64,000 bases of DNA from Felis catus (taxonomy: Eukaryota). The notes beneath the pieces were generated by a model. That model ran no database searches, was not told the DNA's origin, and saw nothing but the letters and a program-made list of their open reading frames with translations. The position numbers and the translations under genes were made by a program. The stretch is taken from contig NC_058369.1 of the NCBI RefSeq assembly GCF_018350175.1, positions 10,914,001 through 10,978,000 of the forward strand. The letters run 5' to 3'. Positions 11,021-24,211 of the stretch are shown in pieces; position 1 is the stretch's first letter; each line of letters starts with the position of its first letter.

Positions 11021-13946
11021 CAGCCAAACTATTGTAAATGCTAATATCCTTCCCCCAAATGGTAGGGCTAGAGGTATCTATCCCGCTCAGGTGGTTGGCA
11101 GATTTAGTGAATACACTGTAAAGAACTTAGCATAGTTCCCTCAATTGACAATGAGTGCTTCTCACTGGTGAGGAGATTTGGCTGATTTTTTTTCTTCTCT
11201 CAAAGTCCCCATCGCTTCCCCACCTCTGGGGTCCCAAATCCACTGCCTTATTTCAGTTCCTTGTCCTTTCTCTACCTATCATGGGTTGGCACCTCTCTAG
11301 CCAATAGTCACAATTACCCAAGAGGTCTTTCTAATATTGCAATTACACGACTGTCCACCTTAACTCCTTCCCAGTGACCCCCCTGGAGAATGAACCCCCA
11401 ATTCCATACCTTCCAACACTTGGCTTGCCTCCCCTGACCGACCCACCAGCTTTACACTCACACCGCCTCACCCCTTCGATCTCACACACACCGAGCCTGA
11501 GTTGTAGCCTCCCGGAAGGCCCGGCTCAGGTCTCGGAGCCTCTACACCCCTGCTTCCCTCTGCTTGGAGTCACCCCCTGGTCCGTTTGGAGTTTTTCACC
11601 TCTTCTCTATCCTGAAAATCCCATCTCCTCTTTCAGAAGCAAGGAGTCCTCTCCCTCATGAATCTTCGTGGGTGTAGTTCCTTTTAATAGTCTCACAGAA
11701 TATTAAATAGCCTATTTAATAGTCTCACAGAAGAAAAAGACTTTCTCTTGTGATAATTTAGATGTCAGGGTTATCAATGTGTAACTTTTTTTTAATGCCA
11801 TTGGTTTCCCTGCTGGACTGTGGGCGCCCTGGGGCTATTATGCATACCCCCACCCTTTACCCCCAGACATAGTTTAGTTGGGATCACCAGGAATAAATAC
11901 ATATTGCATGAAGGAATGAGAGGCTCTGCGCTCACAGAAGTTGCCAGTGATGAGAGAGAGAACAGAATCAGGGAGCTACTAGCACAGGAACAGAGGACGA
12001 AGAGAAGAATGTTGTCCATGTTCTTAGAATGGGAGCATTTGTGGGGTCAAGCTTGGTCTTTAAGAATAAACTAGAGTAGGAAAAATAAGGCACAGTAGAA
12101 AATATCAGAGCGCATCAGACGTGGTCAGGCTGCACACCCAGCCATTTCGTGGTTCTCCCCGTAGAGCCGTAGGCGTGGGCGCGTGCGTGTGCACAAACGT
12201 GTTTCTGTGTTTGCCCCTGCAACGTGCTGGGTCACATGTAAATGGCATGTTTTGCTCCGGGGTAAAGTCAAAGTTCTCTTATCCGTGGCAGTACATGCAA
12301 GAATAGTTTCAAAAGAAGGGTAGTTCCTGCTAAGGAGGGGAAAGCAATATGAATAAGGAGCCTATTCTAGAAGCCAGGTTGCAGAGACAGTGGGCAGCCA
12401 GGGCGGGTGCTGGCATCACTTCAGCGAACATCCGTTCGCTTCATACAGTTCATAAAGGTGTGCGTTCAGGCAGAAACACATCTTTAGAAAATGGAATGTA
12501 TAAAATAAAAAGAATAGCAGGGAGAGGACAAGCAGAATACACACAGTGGATTCCAAACAACCTTGTTAATCAAATCCAATTTTAAAAAGACTGTCTTCTG
12601 CCATAAAAGATAGAAAATGACAATAAGTTCATGACATTAACACAGGTGTCTAAATCAAAATGGAATGGGGAAAAAAGCTAATAAAAAAGAATAGGAAAAT
12701 ATCATTTATAATTATCACTGATTTTTAAAATAGCGCGGAGAACAGTATCTAAAATTATAATTTCATCCTATATAATAAACATAGGTGGAATCACGCATCC
12801 TTGTGAGAAAGATATAAATTGAATGCAAGAGAAATTCACGTTTCCACAGGACGGCAGAAAGGACGATTGCTAGTTTAGAAAATAGATCCAATCACAAAAA
12901 AAAGGTAGCAGTGAGGAAGCACAGATGGGAGGTAGGTGGCAATACATACAAAAGGCAGTTTATTACTACAAGGCACATAAAAAACAATGGGTGAGGGACA
13001 AAATATGACTAGTTGACAGGTTTGGCCACTCACAATTTAGAAACTCTCAACAAATACATTTGTACATACATACAAGAACTAAACAGCAAATAGCAAACGT
13101 GGCTTAAAATTTTGCAATTGTGTTTTTTGTTTGTTTCACATTTTTGTTTAAATTCTAGTTGGTTAACTTAGTGTGATACTGGTTTCAGGAGTCAAATCAC
13201 GTGTTTGAAAGAATGCAATCAAAAAGAAGAAAGAAAATGCTTCAGCAAGAATGACAAAAAACAAGAATAAGAATGCTCTGAACCTAGGAAACCAGGCAAG
13301 GAATTTTTGCAGATAATTTGCTGCAAAGAAAGTAAATGGCTAACACCCCAAAACTGTATTCCGTCTCTAGGTAATGCAAAAATTGCCAAGTAAAGCCCTG
13401 TAGCATATTCCTGTTGTGTTTTAAATAAACTGTTTAAGTGAATATCTAATGGAGAGAAGATTCTGTGAAATGTATGTCTCCAGAACTGTGGTTGCAAGAT
13501 CGTGGCTCCCTCCATTGGTCTGGATCTTTCTAACAGATACAGAATATGCTCCAAAATACCCCATCTTAAAAATATTTTTTAAATTCCCTCACTGCACTGC
13601 ACCCCCCTCCATACCTAATAGTATATTTTCCTATTCCCTTTTACTGCAAAACTCCTTGGAAGTGTTCAAAGTTTCCAGGAAGACAGTACCTCCCACTCCT
13701 TCGTTAATCTCACCCAACTGGACTCTGATTCCCACCACTTAGTTGTCAACAATAATCCTTGCATTAGCAATTTCAACAGACATTCCTTTTTTAAAAAAAC
13801 ATTTTAAATATATTGATTATGAATGAATGAGTTCACCACACCAACAAACACAACGATTTCTCAGATCTGGGACAGGATGGTTAGGCTCTCAGGTGACTTC
13901 ATCCATTCTCCCTGAACCTTTCCTGAAATACTTGCTGAACTCTGAG

Positions 13947-14290
13947 ACTCACCTGCTTGGGGTCTCTGAGAGGAAGGTCTCCAAGTGGAGGTCAGAATTC
14001 CTCCCTGTTGGTTGATGATAGAGAGCAAGCTCTATTTCCAGACAGCAGGAAGGAGTGCTAGGACCCCAAATGCAAAAACCATGTCTCCTCCAGCTTCAGG
14101 TAGAACATGTTCAGGGTCTGCGGCAGAGGAGATATTTATAGTCTCTTATGTTTGCTGTATCTGTTCTCTATAACTGCTCATTAGACACATTTCCCATTAT
14201 TACTCCAACCTCTGAGCACATCTCCCCATGGGAACTTATCTGGACAGAATGGAATTTTTTCCTATAGGTTCTCTGTTCCCAGGAGATCAG
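13947..14290 (-). promoter_or_regulatory. Promoter and non-coding first exon of the intact OR (predicted intron 13952-8897, about 5.06 kb)
   Basis: Minus-strand donor CAG|GTGAGT (13955-13947), TATAAATA (14140-14133), TAATGAG (14183-14177), O/E-like CCCCATGGGA (~14224-14233) and TTCCCAGGAGA (~14276-14286); conserved in four paralogous modules. Confidence 0.75.
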
Positions 14291-14310
14291 GTTAGAATCC
14301 AGGTATATCC

Positions 14311-14750
14311 AGGGTGCCTGAGTGGCTCAGGGAGTTAAGTGTCCGGCTTTGGCTCAGGTCATGATCTCATGGTTGGTGGGTTCAAACCCCGCATTGGGCT
14401 CTGTGCCGACAGCTCAGAGCCTGGAGCCTGCTTCAAATTTTAAGTCTCCCTCTCTCTGTCCCTCCCGCGACTCATGCTCTGTCTCTGTCTCTCAAAAATA
14501 AGTAAAATGTGGGGCGCCTGGGTGGCGCAGTCAGTTAAGCGTCCGACTTCAGCCAGGTCACGATCTCGCGGTCCGTGAGTTCAAGCCCCGCGTCAGGCTC
14601 TGGGCTGATGGCTCAGAGCCTGGAGCCTGTTTTGATTCTGTGTCTCCCTCTCTCTCTGCCCCTCCCCCGTTCATGCTCTGTCTCTCTCTGTCCCAAAAAT
14701 AAATAAACGTTGGAAAAAAAAAATAAGTAAAATGTTAAAAATTAAAAAAA
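14311..14750 (+). mobile_element. Nested Can-SINEs: young SINEC_Fc-type (14511-14720) inserted in the tail of an older SINE
   Basis: Two complete SINE bodies; target duplication AAAATAAGTAAAATGT on both sides of the inner element. Confidence 0.92.
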
Positions 14751-15077
14751 ACAATTCAGGTGTATCCAATTTTTATTACTCCTCCTTGAACTTTCCTGGC
14801 TTCCAGAGCTCTAACATTGAAACTTTTCACAGCCCGGAATGAAAGTTTTTTCCAAATATGAGACTCGGGAACCTGGGTCTCCAAAACATTGAGTTGTGGT
14901 GACAACACAACTCCTACTAGCTCCAGAAAATTTCTATTCCTTCTTCAACAAGCAAAGGTAGGTTCCTTTGCTATGAAATCATGGGTACAACAATCCTTGG
15001 ATTCATAATTCTTTTGACAAGTCAAGTAGGAGTTATGTATTTTTAAGTTGACATTTATTAGACGTTTGGTTATTCAA

Positions 15078-15590
15078 GCTATATTACAAAGCTGTAGTCA
15101 TCAAGACAGTATGGTACTGGCACAAAAACAGACACACAGATCAATGAAACACAATAGAGAACCCAGAAATGGACCCACAATGATATGGTCAAATCTTTGA
15201 CAAAGGAGGCAAGAATATCCAATGGAAAAAACGCAGTCTGTTCAACAAATAGCATTGGAAATTGGTCAGCAACATACAGAATGAAAATGGACCACTCTCT
15301 TACACCATACACAAAAATAAATTCCAAATGGATGAAAGGCCTAAATGTGAGACAGGAAGTAACCAAAATACCGAGAGGAGAACACAGCGAAATATGTCTT
15401 TGACCTTGGCCATAGCAACTTCTTATTAGACATGTTGCCTGGAGGCAAGGGAAATAACAATGACAACCAAAAAAACATGAACTGTTGGGATTTTATCAAT
15501 GTGAGAAACTTCTGCACAGTGAAATAAACAACTAGGAAAACTAAAAGGCTGCCTCAGGAATGGAGAAGATATTTTCAACTAACATATGGG
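15078..15590 (+). mobile_element. L1 ORF2 3'-region fragment
   Basis: TACAAAGCTGTAGTCATCAAGACAGTATGGTACTGG; translates to [18 protein letters not shown]. Confidence 0.92.
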
Positions 15591-18500
15591 ATAAATATTC
15601 CATTGTGTGTATGCATATGTGTGTACGTGTGTGTGTGTGTGTGTGTGCGTGTACGTACCCCATTTTCCTTATCCATCTGTCTATTGATAGACACTTAGGT
15701 TGCTTCCGCATTTTGTCTATAATAAGTAATGCTGCAATAAACATAGGGGTGCATATATCTTTTCAACGTAGCGTTTTTGTTTTCTTTGGAAACAGTAGTG
15801 GAATTATTGGATCATAGAATAGTTCTATTTTTAAGTTTTGAGGAACCTCCATACTGTTATCCGCAGTGGCTGCATTCCCACCAACGGTGCATGAGGGTTC
15901 CTTTTTCTCTACACCCTCACCAACATTTGTTTTTTTCTTGTGTATTTGATTTTAGCTATTCCGCCAGGTGTGAGGTGGTATCCGATTGTGGTTTTGATTT
16001 GCATTTCCCTGATGATGAGTGATGCAGAGCATCTTTTATGTGTCTGTAGTCATCTAGATGTCTTCTTTAGAGAAATGTCTATTCAGATCCTGTGCCCATT
16101 TTTTAATTTGATTGTGCGGGGGTTTTTTTTGGTGTGAGTTGTATGAGTTCTTTATGTATTTTAGATATTAACCCTTTATCAGATATGTCACTTGCAAATA
16201 TCTTCTTCCATTTACTAGGGGTTTTTTGTTTTATTGTTTCCTTTGCTGTGTAAAAGCCTTTAATTTTGATGCAGTCCCAATAGTTTATGTTTATTTCTGT
16301 TTCCCTAGCCTTGGGAGACCTATCTAGAAAGATGTTGCTATAGCTGATGTCGGAGAAATTACTGCCTGTGTTCTTTTCTAGGATTTTTATGGTTTCAGGT
16401 CTCACATTTAGGTCTTTAATCCATTTTTAGTTTGTTTTTGTGTGTGGCATAAGAAAGTGGTTCTGTTTCATTGTTTTACACGTAGCTGTCCAGTTTTCCC
16501 AGCACCATTTATTGAGAAGTCTGTCTTTGCCCAATATTGTCACCTCTTTTGTCATAGATTAATTGACCATATAATCATGGTCATGGAGTCTCTATTCTGT
16601 TTCACTGACCTATGTGTCTACTTTTGTACCAATACCATACTGTCTTAATTACAACAGCTTTGTAGTATATCTTGAAATATGGTAGGTCTGGTCTTCTTTC
16701 TCAGGATTGCTTTGGCTATGCAGGGTCTTCTATAGTTCCATACAAATTTTAGTATTATTTGTTCTAGTTTTGTGAAAACTACTGTTGGTATTTCAATAGC
16801 GATTGCATTGAATCTGTAGATGGCTTTGGGTAGTACGGACGTTTTCACAATATTGATTCTTCCAGCCCATGAGCATGGAATATCTTTGCAATTATTTATC
16901 TTCTATTTCCTTCATCAGTGTTTTATAGTTTTTGGAGTATAGGTCTTTCACTTCTTTGGTTGAGGTTATTCCTAAAGATTTTATTCTTCTTGGTGCAATC
17001 GTAAATGGTGTTTAAAAACATTTTTTGTTCTTTCAGCTACCTCACTGTTAGTGTATAGAAATGTTGCTTATTACTGGGTATTGATTTTGTATCTTGTACT
17101 TTACTGAATTAATTTATTACTTCTAGTAATTTTATTGATTGATTGATTGATTGATTGAAATTCAAGTTAGTTAACATACAGCGTAGTATTGGTTGCAGGA
17201 GTAGAACCCAGGGATTCATCACTTACATATAACACCCAGTGTTCATCCCAACAAGTGCCCTCCTCAATACCCATCACCCATTTAGCCCATCCCCCCACCC
17301 ACCTTCCCTCCAGCAACCCTCAGCCTGTTCTCTGTATTCAAGAGTCTCTTATGGTTTTCTCCCTCTCTGTTTTTATTGAACTTTTCCTTCCCTTTCCCTA
17401 TATTCATCTGTTTTGTTTCTTAAATTCCACATATGAGTGAAATCATCACATTTATCTTTCTCTGACTGACTTATTTCTCTTAGCATAATACACTATAGTT
17501 TCATCCACTTTGTTTCCGAAGGCAAGATTTCACTCTTTTTGATTGCTGTGTAATATTCTACTGTATGTTATATACCACATCTTCTTTATCCATACTTCTA
17601 GTAATTTGTTGGTAGAATTTTCTGGAATTTCTATGTATAGTGTCCTGTCATCTGAAAATAGTGGCTGCTTAACTTACTTCTTACCAATATGGATACCCTT
17701 TATTTCTCTTTCTTGTCTGATTGCTGAGGCTAGGACTTCCAATACTATGTTGAATAAAACTGTGAGAGTGCACATCTTTGTCTTCTTCCTGACATTAGGG
17801 GGAAAGATCTCAGTTTTTCCCCATTGAGTATGATGCTGGCTGTGAGTTTTTCACTTATGGCATTTATTATGTTCAGGTATGTTCCCTCTTTATTGAGAGA
17901 TTTTGTCATGAATGAATGCAGAATTTTGTCAAATGCTTTTTTCTGCATCTATTGATATGATCATATGATTTTTATCCTTCATTTTGTTTATGTAGTATAT
18001 GACATTGATTTTCAAATATTGAAACATCCTTGCATCCCTGAAATAAATGCCACCTGATCAAGGTGAATGATTATTATAATATATTGTTGTATGTGGTTTG
18101 CTAGTATTTTCATGACGTTTTTTGCATCAATCTTCATCAGGGATAGTGGCCTATAGTTTTCTTTTTTTGTGGGGTCTCTGGTTCTGGTAGCAGGGTAATG
18201 CTGGCCTTATAGAATGGATTTGGAAGCCTTCCCTCTTCTTCTATACTTTGGAAGAGTTGGAGGAGAATAGATATTAACTCTTTAAATGTCTGGTAGAATA
18301 CACCTGTAAATCATCCATCTGGTCCTGAACTTTTAGTTTTGAGTAGTTTTCTGATTACCAATTCCATTAAAAAAATTTTTTTTAATGTTTTATTTATTTA
18401 TGAGACAGAGAGAGACAGAGCATGAACGGGGGAGGGTCAGAGAGAGAGGGAGACACAGAATCTGAAACAGGCTCCAGGCTCTGAGCTGTCAGCACAGAGC

Positions 18501-19020
18501 CCGACGCGGGGCTTGAAAATCACGGACCGTGAGATCATGACCTGAGCCGAAGTCGGACGCTTAACCGACTGAGCCACCCAGGCGCCCCTTTTAAAAAATT
18601 TTTTTTTAATGTTTTATTTCCAATCCCATTTTTTATTGACAATTGGTCTGTTCAGATTTTCTATTTCTTCCCAGTTCCATTTTGGAAGATTGTATGTTTC
18701 TAGGACTTTATCCATTTCTTCTAGGTTGTCCACTTTGTTGGCATATAATTTTTCATAATATTCTCTTACCATTCTCTGCATTTCTGTAGTGTCAATTGTT
18801 ACTTCTGTTCTTTTGTTTCTGATTTTACTAATTGGGTCCTTTCTCTTTTTTCATGATGAATGTGGCTCAAGGTTTGTCAATTTTGTTTATCGTTTCAAAG
18901 GAACAGCTCTTGGTTTCACTGGTATTTTTCCATTGCATTTTTTAGTCTCTGTGTCATTTATTTCTGCTCTGATCTTTATTATTTCCTTTCTTTTGCTCAC
19001 ATTTGACTTTGTTTAGTCTT
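15591..19020 (-). mobile_element. L1 ORF2 fragment (antisense) with nested L1 3' UTR (~17160-17590) and SINE (~18375-18588)
   Basis: Minus-strand L1 peptides [35 protein letters not shown]. Confidence 0.92.
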
Positions 19021-19539
19021 CAGGAAAGAATATTTTGAATACAAAATAGTACCTGATAGTAATTTAGAGCAGGCATATCAAACATGAATGGCCTTAACTT
19101 CATTTCATTGGTCCTGTATCCATACAGACACTTTGTTTTCTTTCTAGTTCTTTCTAGTTAGAGGACAGACCTTCCATTCTGGTTCCACGTGAATCAGCTA
19201 CTAATGTTCTAGATCCTCCCATCAGCCATGCTCCACTAGACTTTTTTCCTTTTAACCCTATCACTGAGGTGTAATTATATACAATAAACTGCACCCATTT
19301 AAAGTTTACAGTTGGACCCTTGTGGTGAGCACAACATAAAGAGTCGTCTGTCAAATCACTATGTTGTACACTTGAAACTATCAATGACACTTCAATAAAA
19401 TTTTTTAAAATAAATTGTAGAGTTTGCTCCATTAAAGGAGTCATAAATATTTAGAAGCATATTGTGAATGATTCCATTTATATGTAATTCCAGAAAGTGC
19501 ACAATAAGCTTTAACTACTTTGTTCTGTAACTTATTAAA

Positions 19540-19739
19540 ATTTTTAATGTTTATTTATTTTTAAGACAGAGTGCGAGTGGGGGGAGGGGCAGAGAGAGAG
19601 GGAGACACAGAATCTGAAACAGGCTCCAGGCTCTGAGCTGTCAGCACAGAGTCCAATGCGGGGCTCAAACCCACGAAGTGTGAAATCGTGACCTGAGCTG
19701 AAGTCGGACGCTTAACAGACTGAGCCACCCAGGTGCCCC
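19540..19739 (-). mobile_element. Can-SINE
   Basis: Full SINE body; target duplication TGTTCTGTAACTTATT at 19521 and 19740. Confidence 0.92.
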
Positions 19740-19832
19740 TGTTCTGTAACTTATTTAAATTTAATTTTCTTGAGTCTCAGTTTTCTTATTTCTGAAGGTA
19801 ATGCAGGATAACAAAACTAATTTCAGAGGAAT

Positions 19833-20005
19833 ATTGTGGGGAATGAACAAATGTGTGGTAATATTTTGATTCCTAAGAAAATGTTCAAGGAGTATGGTGT
19901 GTGTGTGTGTGTTTATACACATTTTTCTTTCAAGTAAACATTGTGGGGAATAAACAAATGTGTGGTAGTATTATTTCAATTCCTAAGAAAATGTTCAAGG
20001 GGTAT

Positions 20006-20050
<45 letters not shown>

Positions 20051-20081
20051 GTGTTTATACACATATTTCTTTCAAGTAAAC
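19833..20081 (+). repeat. Two-copy tandem duplication (about 107 and 142 bp) each containing a (TG)n tract
   Basis: ATTGTGGGGAAT.AACAAATGTGTGGTA...TTTCAAGTAAAC occurs twice in tandem. Confidence 0.9.
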
Positions 20082-20489
20082 ATATGTGCATACACAGACT
20101 CATTATTAGGCAATATTTCATGTCAAAAATAAACTGGAGAGAAAGTGGGAGAGGATAAAAATGATAAGAATGAAAACTTGGATTAACATGAAAGTAAAAG
20201 TATATAAAGATTTGGACATAAAAATTTAAGATAGAACAAGTGACCTTAATATTTCAGGTTTTGTCCCTCAGTGCCTGCACGTCAGTATGGCTCATAGCTT
20301 GGGAGATTTTTCTCTACCAGCTGTTGGGGTTGAGCAACTCCAAAGTGACTTTAGATTTCTTAATCTACATAAACCGATATTTCAACACCAAATGTCCTTA
20401 TCTGAGAGAATATGAATGAATAATATCCAAGGCTGAATTTCATTTCCCTTGAAGAGAGTGTTGTTGGATAACTATCAGGAATAGATATT

Positions 20490-20935
20490 TATTGTGGTTG
20501 TGACAAATTCCATGCTGCAGGCTTAGAACAAATACATTTATGTTCTGATAGTTCTGGAAGTCAGAAGTCTGAAGTAGGTCTCCCTAGGCTAAAATCACTC
20601 TGCAGAGAAGAGTCCATTCTGGAGGTCTGGGGAATGAAAGCCACCTTTATTCCCCAGTTCATGGTCCCTCCCTTTATCTGCAAAGCCAGCAACATAGCAT
20701 CTCAAAATTTCTCTGTGATTCCTACTCTTCTGCCTCTGTCTTCCATATCTGGAGGTACCTTGTGATCTATTGAGCCCACCTGGATAATCAGAACAAGTTT
20801 ATCTTCAGGTCATCTGACTAACAATGTTAATACTTTTGTCACCCTAATTCTCCCTTGCCATGACACAAGATATATTCGAAGAGTCTGGAGATTAAGATGT
20901 GGACATATTTGGGGGACATTATTCTGCCTACTAAA
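20490..20935 (-). mobile_element. MaLR LTR (MLT1-like); paralogous copies at ~29440-29920 and ~41520-41650
   Basis: TTCTGGAAGTCAGAAGTCTGAA...GGCTAAAATCA...GATGTGGACAT...TATTCTGCCTAC signature. Confidence 0.75.
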
Positions 20936-21249
20936 AGTCTTTTTCAGGGGTATATTTGGGGTCAGCTCAGGGTCCCTCAGATTAAAGAATCAAACACAGA
21001 CTTTATTTCAGACTCTAGGGTGAGTCCTTAGACTTTTCTTTCAAAACCATACATGAAGAGGATCACGTGGCTCATTTATTAAAATTACTTCAAAACTATA
21101 AATGGTAAAGTAAACCCTCAATTCAATGAATTCACTATCAACTCAAGGCAAAGGTGAAGTGCAAGCTGGTTAGACCTCTGGAAGGCAGGCAAGTTCATGA
21201 GCATGAGTAATACAAAACTGGATTCACCTGACTTCTAATCTAAACTCCC

Positions 21250-21620
21250 AGGAACAGAGTGTCAGCAGGAAACTTTTCCTTTCTGTGCACTCCAGTGGCC
21301 CATGGAGAAATGATGTGCTCCAAGGTGGGAGTAACAATGGCAACAGTGTCTAATGAGCAGACGTAAGGAGCTGGAAATGTCTCCTTCACTGCAAAACCAT
21401 AGCATATGAAACCTTGGAATGGCCAGGACATGGTTGTTGCTTTGGGGCTCCCAGTCTGGGGGAGGAGGGACGAATGTTTCACTCCTTCCTGCTGTCCTGT
21501 CTGGGAAAAGAGTTTCGGTCTCCGTGATCAATCATGCAGGGAGGAAGTCAGACCTCCACATGGAGACTTTCATCTTCCAGACCCCATCCAGATGAGTCTG
21601 GGAGCTCGGCAGGTATTTCA
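21250..21620 (+). promoter_or_regulatory. Promoter and first-exon module of the OR pseudogene at 24212
   Basis: Homologous to the reverse complement of 13947-14290; TAATGAG at 21351-21357, O/E-like CCCATGGAGA at 21299; homologous donor position reads CAG|ATGAGT (21589-21597). Confidence 0.65.
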
Positions 21621-22794
21621 AGCAAGGTTCTGAGAGATTGGAACCTGAGAGCTTTCACCTGAGGTTACCTGAGACTAGGTAGACGCATTTATAATTAATT
21701 TACATAGTATGTTCAAAAGAGAAGCGTCCATTGGACTCAGAATACAGGGATCAATGTTGACAATGAGCGGTGGGAACGGAAGTCCAGTTGGATGAGACTG
21801 AGGAAGGAATAGAGGGGCATAAAGTGGTTCCAGTGAAATTAGAACATGTCCAAGGAGTTTTGCAGCCAAGGAGGGGTAGGAAAACAGAGTGTTAGGCTTA
21901 GAGGCATGTGCCCTGAGCTTTTTAAGGAATGGTGGTTTTGAGCATGCTCTGTATTTATAGAAAGACCCAGAGCCATAGAGGTAGCTGTTTCCTTGCAACA
22001 GCACTTCTTGAGACACACACTTCTTGGCATCATCTTTCACGGTGAGTATTCACATAAAAATGTGTGTTTAATTTGCAAAAGAGTGTATGCTAACTAGCTT
22101 TACTGCATAATACTTCATTACCAAGTTGTATAGAAACTAGGAAGATATTTGTTCAACATAGAAGAAAAACTTCAGCCAATCTCTTTACCAGTGATAATCA
22201 TCCACTTACTAATGAGAAGGAACCATTGCAAGCCTTTTACATACACTGACTAACGCTGTCTACCACCCTAGGAGGATGGACACTGCTCTCCCCACTCTTT
22301 GAGTAAGGATATTCACATTTGGAATGGATTCATTGTCTTTCCCAAGTTCAAATAGCTTAATAGGATAGATCTGACCTTCGAAGCCTGGTTTTCTGATTCC
22401 AAATGCTTTGCATTTAAAATCATTCAGAAGAACCTTTTATTATTGCATCTTGAAAAATCCCCTTCTGTGTATATTTTCTGTTGTAAATTGCAGGTTCATT
22501 CCCTTAGCACATTTTCTAGAGAGACATGCGATCAGTAAAAGATCCTGACATCATAAAAAATACCCCTCCTTTCTTGTTTAGGTACATTTTTCCCCAGCTA
22601 TCTTAATTATTCTGGGCATCAAATGGATGTAACTGGGGCTGGAATGCTGCCAGAACCAGGAAGCTTTCCTTTCATCACAGTCTCTAAGGGACAATTGGAG
22701 CTTATTAGATCTTTTTTTTCTTTCCCTGCTCCATTTCTTTCCTGTCTGTGTTTTTGGAACTGCTTTTTTATGTTTCTTTGAATACAGGACACAA

Positions 22795-22975
22795 GGGGCA
22801 CCTGAGTTGCTCAGTCTGTTAAGCACTCAGTGCTTGGTTTCAACTCAGGTCATGATTTCCCTGTTTGGGGGTTCAAGCCCCGTGTTGGGCTCTGTGCTGC
22901 CAGCACAGAGGATTCTCTCTCTCCCTCCCTCTCTCTCTCTCTCTCTGTCCCTTAAATAAGTATGCTTTAAAGAAA
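22795..22975 (+). mobile_element. Can-SINE
   Basis: SINE body flanked by AATACAGGACACAA duplication (22781 and ~22975). Confidence 0.88.
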
Positions 22976-23188
22976 ATACAGGACACAAGATGATCATATT
23001 AAAAGGGCTCCCATGTTTACATGTCCATTGGAGGCATACTCAACAAAATTTAAGTACTATTTACACATTCTCTAGGATAAAGGTAATCTGATGTTGACAG
23101 CTTGCCTTGTACCATTTCTTTCAAAAGTATGGTGGTTGAGGGTGGGAAAAGCCTGATAGCAATCAGTGCCAGGATGCCATAATGCACT

Positions 23189-23190
<2 letters not shown>

Positions 23191-23226
<36 letters not shown>

Positions 23227-23245
23227 ATGTGTGTGCATGTGTGTG
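23191..23245. repeat. (TG)n microsatellite
   Basis: Direct inspection. Confidence 0.95.
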
Positions 23246-23431
23246 TTGTAGAGTATGAGTTGTCCTCAGGGCAATGAATTGTGACTGAGTTCATATACTC
23301 CAATATGTGACCCTTAAATGCCAGGATGTCAACCAACAGATGGAAATAAGAAAGGGAATATCTCTATTCACAGGATATCTAGGGAAAAAATTAATAAAAT
23401 GCAAAGAACCATGGGAAGGAAGGACTCCCTG

Positions 23432-23712
23432 TGTCTTGGAGTTTCTGTCCCTTTATTAACTGGATTATTTTGGGGGGTGTTGAGTTTGATAAGTTCTTTA
23501 CAGATTTTGGATACTAACTCTTTATCAGATAGGTCTTCTGCTAATATCTTCTCCCATTCCATAGGTTGCACTACTAGATATTTGCCCAAAGGATAAAAAA
23601 ATACTAATTCAGAAGGGTACATGCACAAGGATGTTATAGCAGTATTATCTCAAATAGCCAACCTAGGGAAATAGCCCAAGTGTCAATCGATTGGTGAACG
23701 GATGAAGAAGAG

Positions 23713-23751
<39 letters not shown>

Positions 23752-24130
23752 CCATCAAAAGGAATGAAATCTTGCCATTTGCAATGATGTGGATGGAGCT
23801 AGAGAGTAGTATGCTCAGCAAAATAAGTCAGAGAAAGACAAAAACCATAAAATTTCACTCATATGTGGAATTTAAGAAACAACACAAACAAGAAAAGAGA
23901 GAAAAATAAGACAAATCAAGAAGCACACTCTTAACTATAGAGAACACACTGATGGTTATGGGGGGATGGGTAAAATAGGTGATGGGGATTAAGGAGTGCA
24001 CCTGTTGTGATGAGCACCGGCTGTTTTATGGAAATGTTGAATCACTATGCTGTGCACCTGAAACCGATATTACACTGCATGTTAACTAACTGGAATTTAA
24101 ATCAAAACTTTAAAAAATGAAAAATAAATA
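23432..24130 (+). mobile_element. 5'-inverted L1 3' end (antisense 23432-23566, sense 23567-24130)
   Basis: Antisense WEKILAEDLSDKELVSKI segment abuts sense GCACTACTAGATATTTGCCCAAAG, L1 3' UTR and A-rich tail. Confidence 0.8.
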
Positions 24131-24211
24131 AATGGTAATACACGAGTAAAGCTCATTTGCTTGAAAAATACTCATGTTATTATTTTCTCTCCTAGTATTC
24201 AACTCCACCAC

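Noticed and set aside
14311..14400. tRNA-like A/B-box sequence at SINE heads
   Set aside because: tRNA-derived SINE heads followed by (CT)n and poly(A), not tRNA genes
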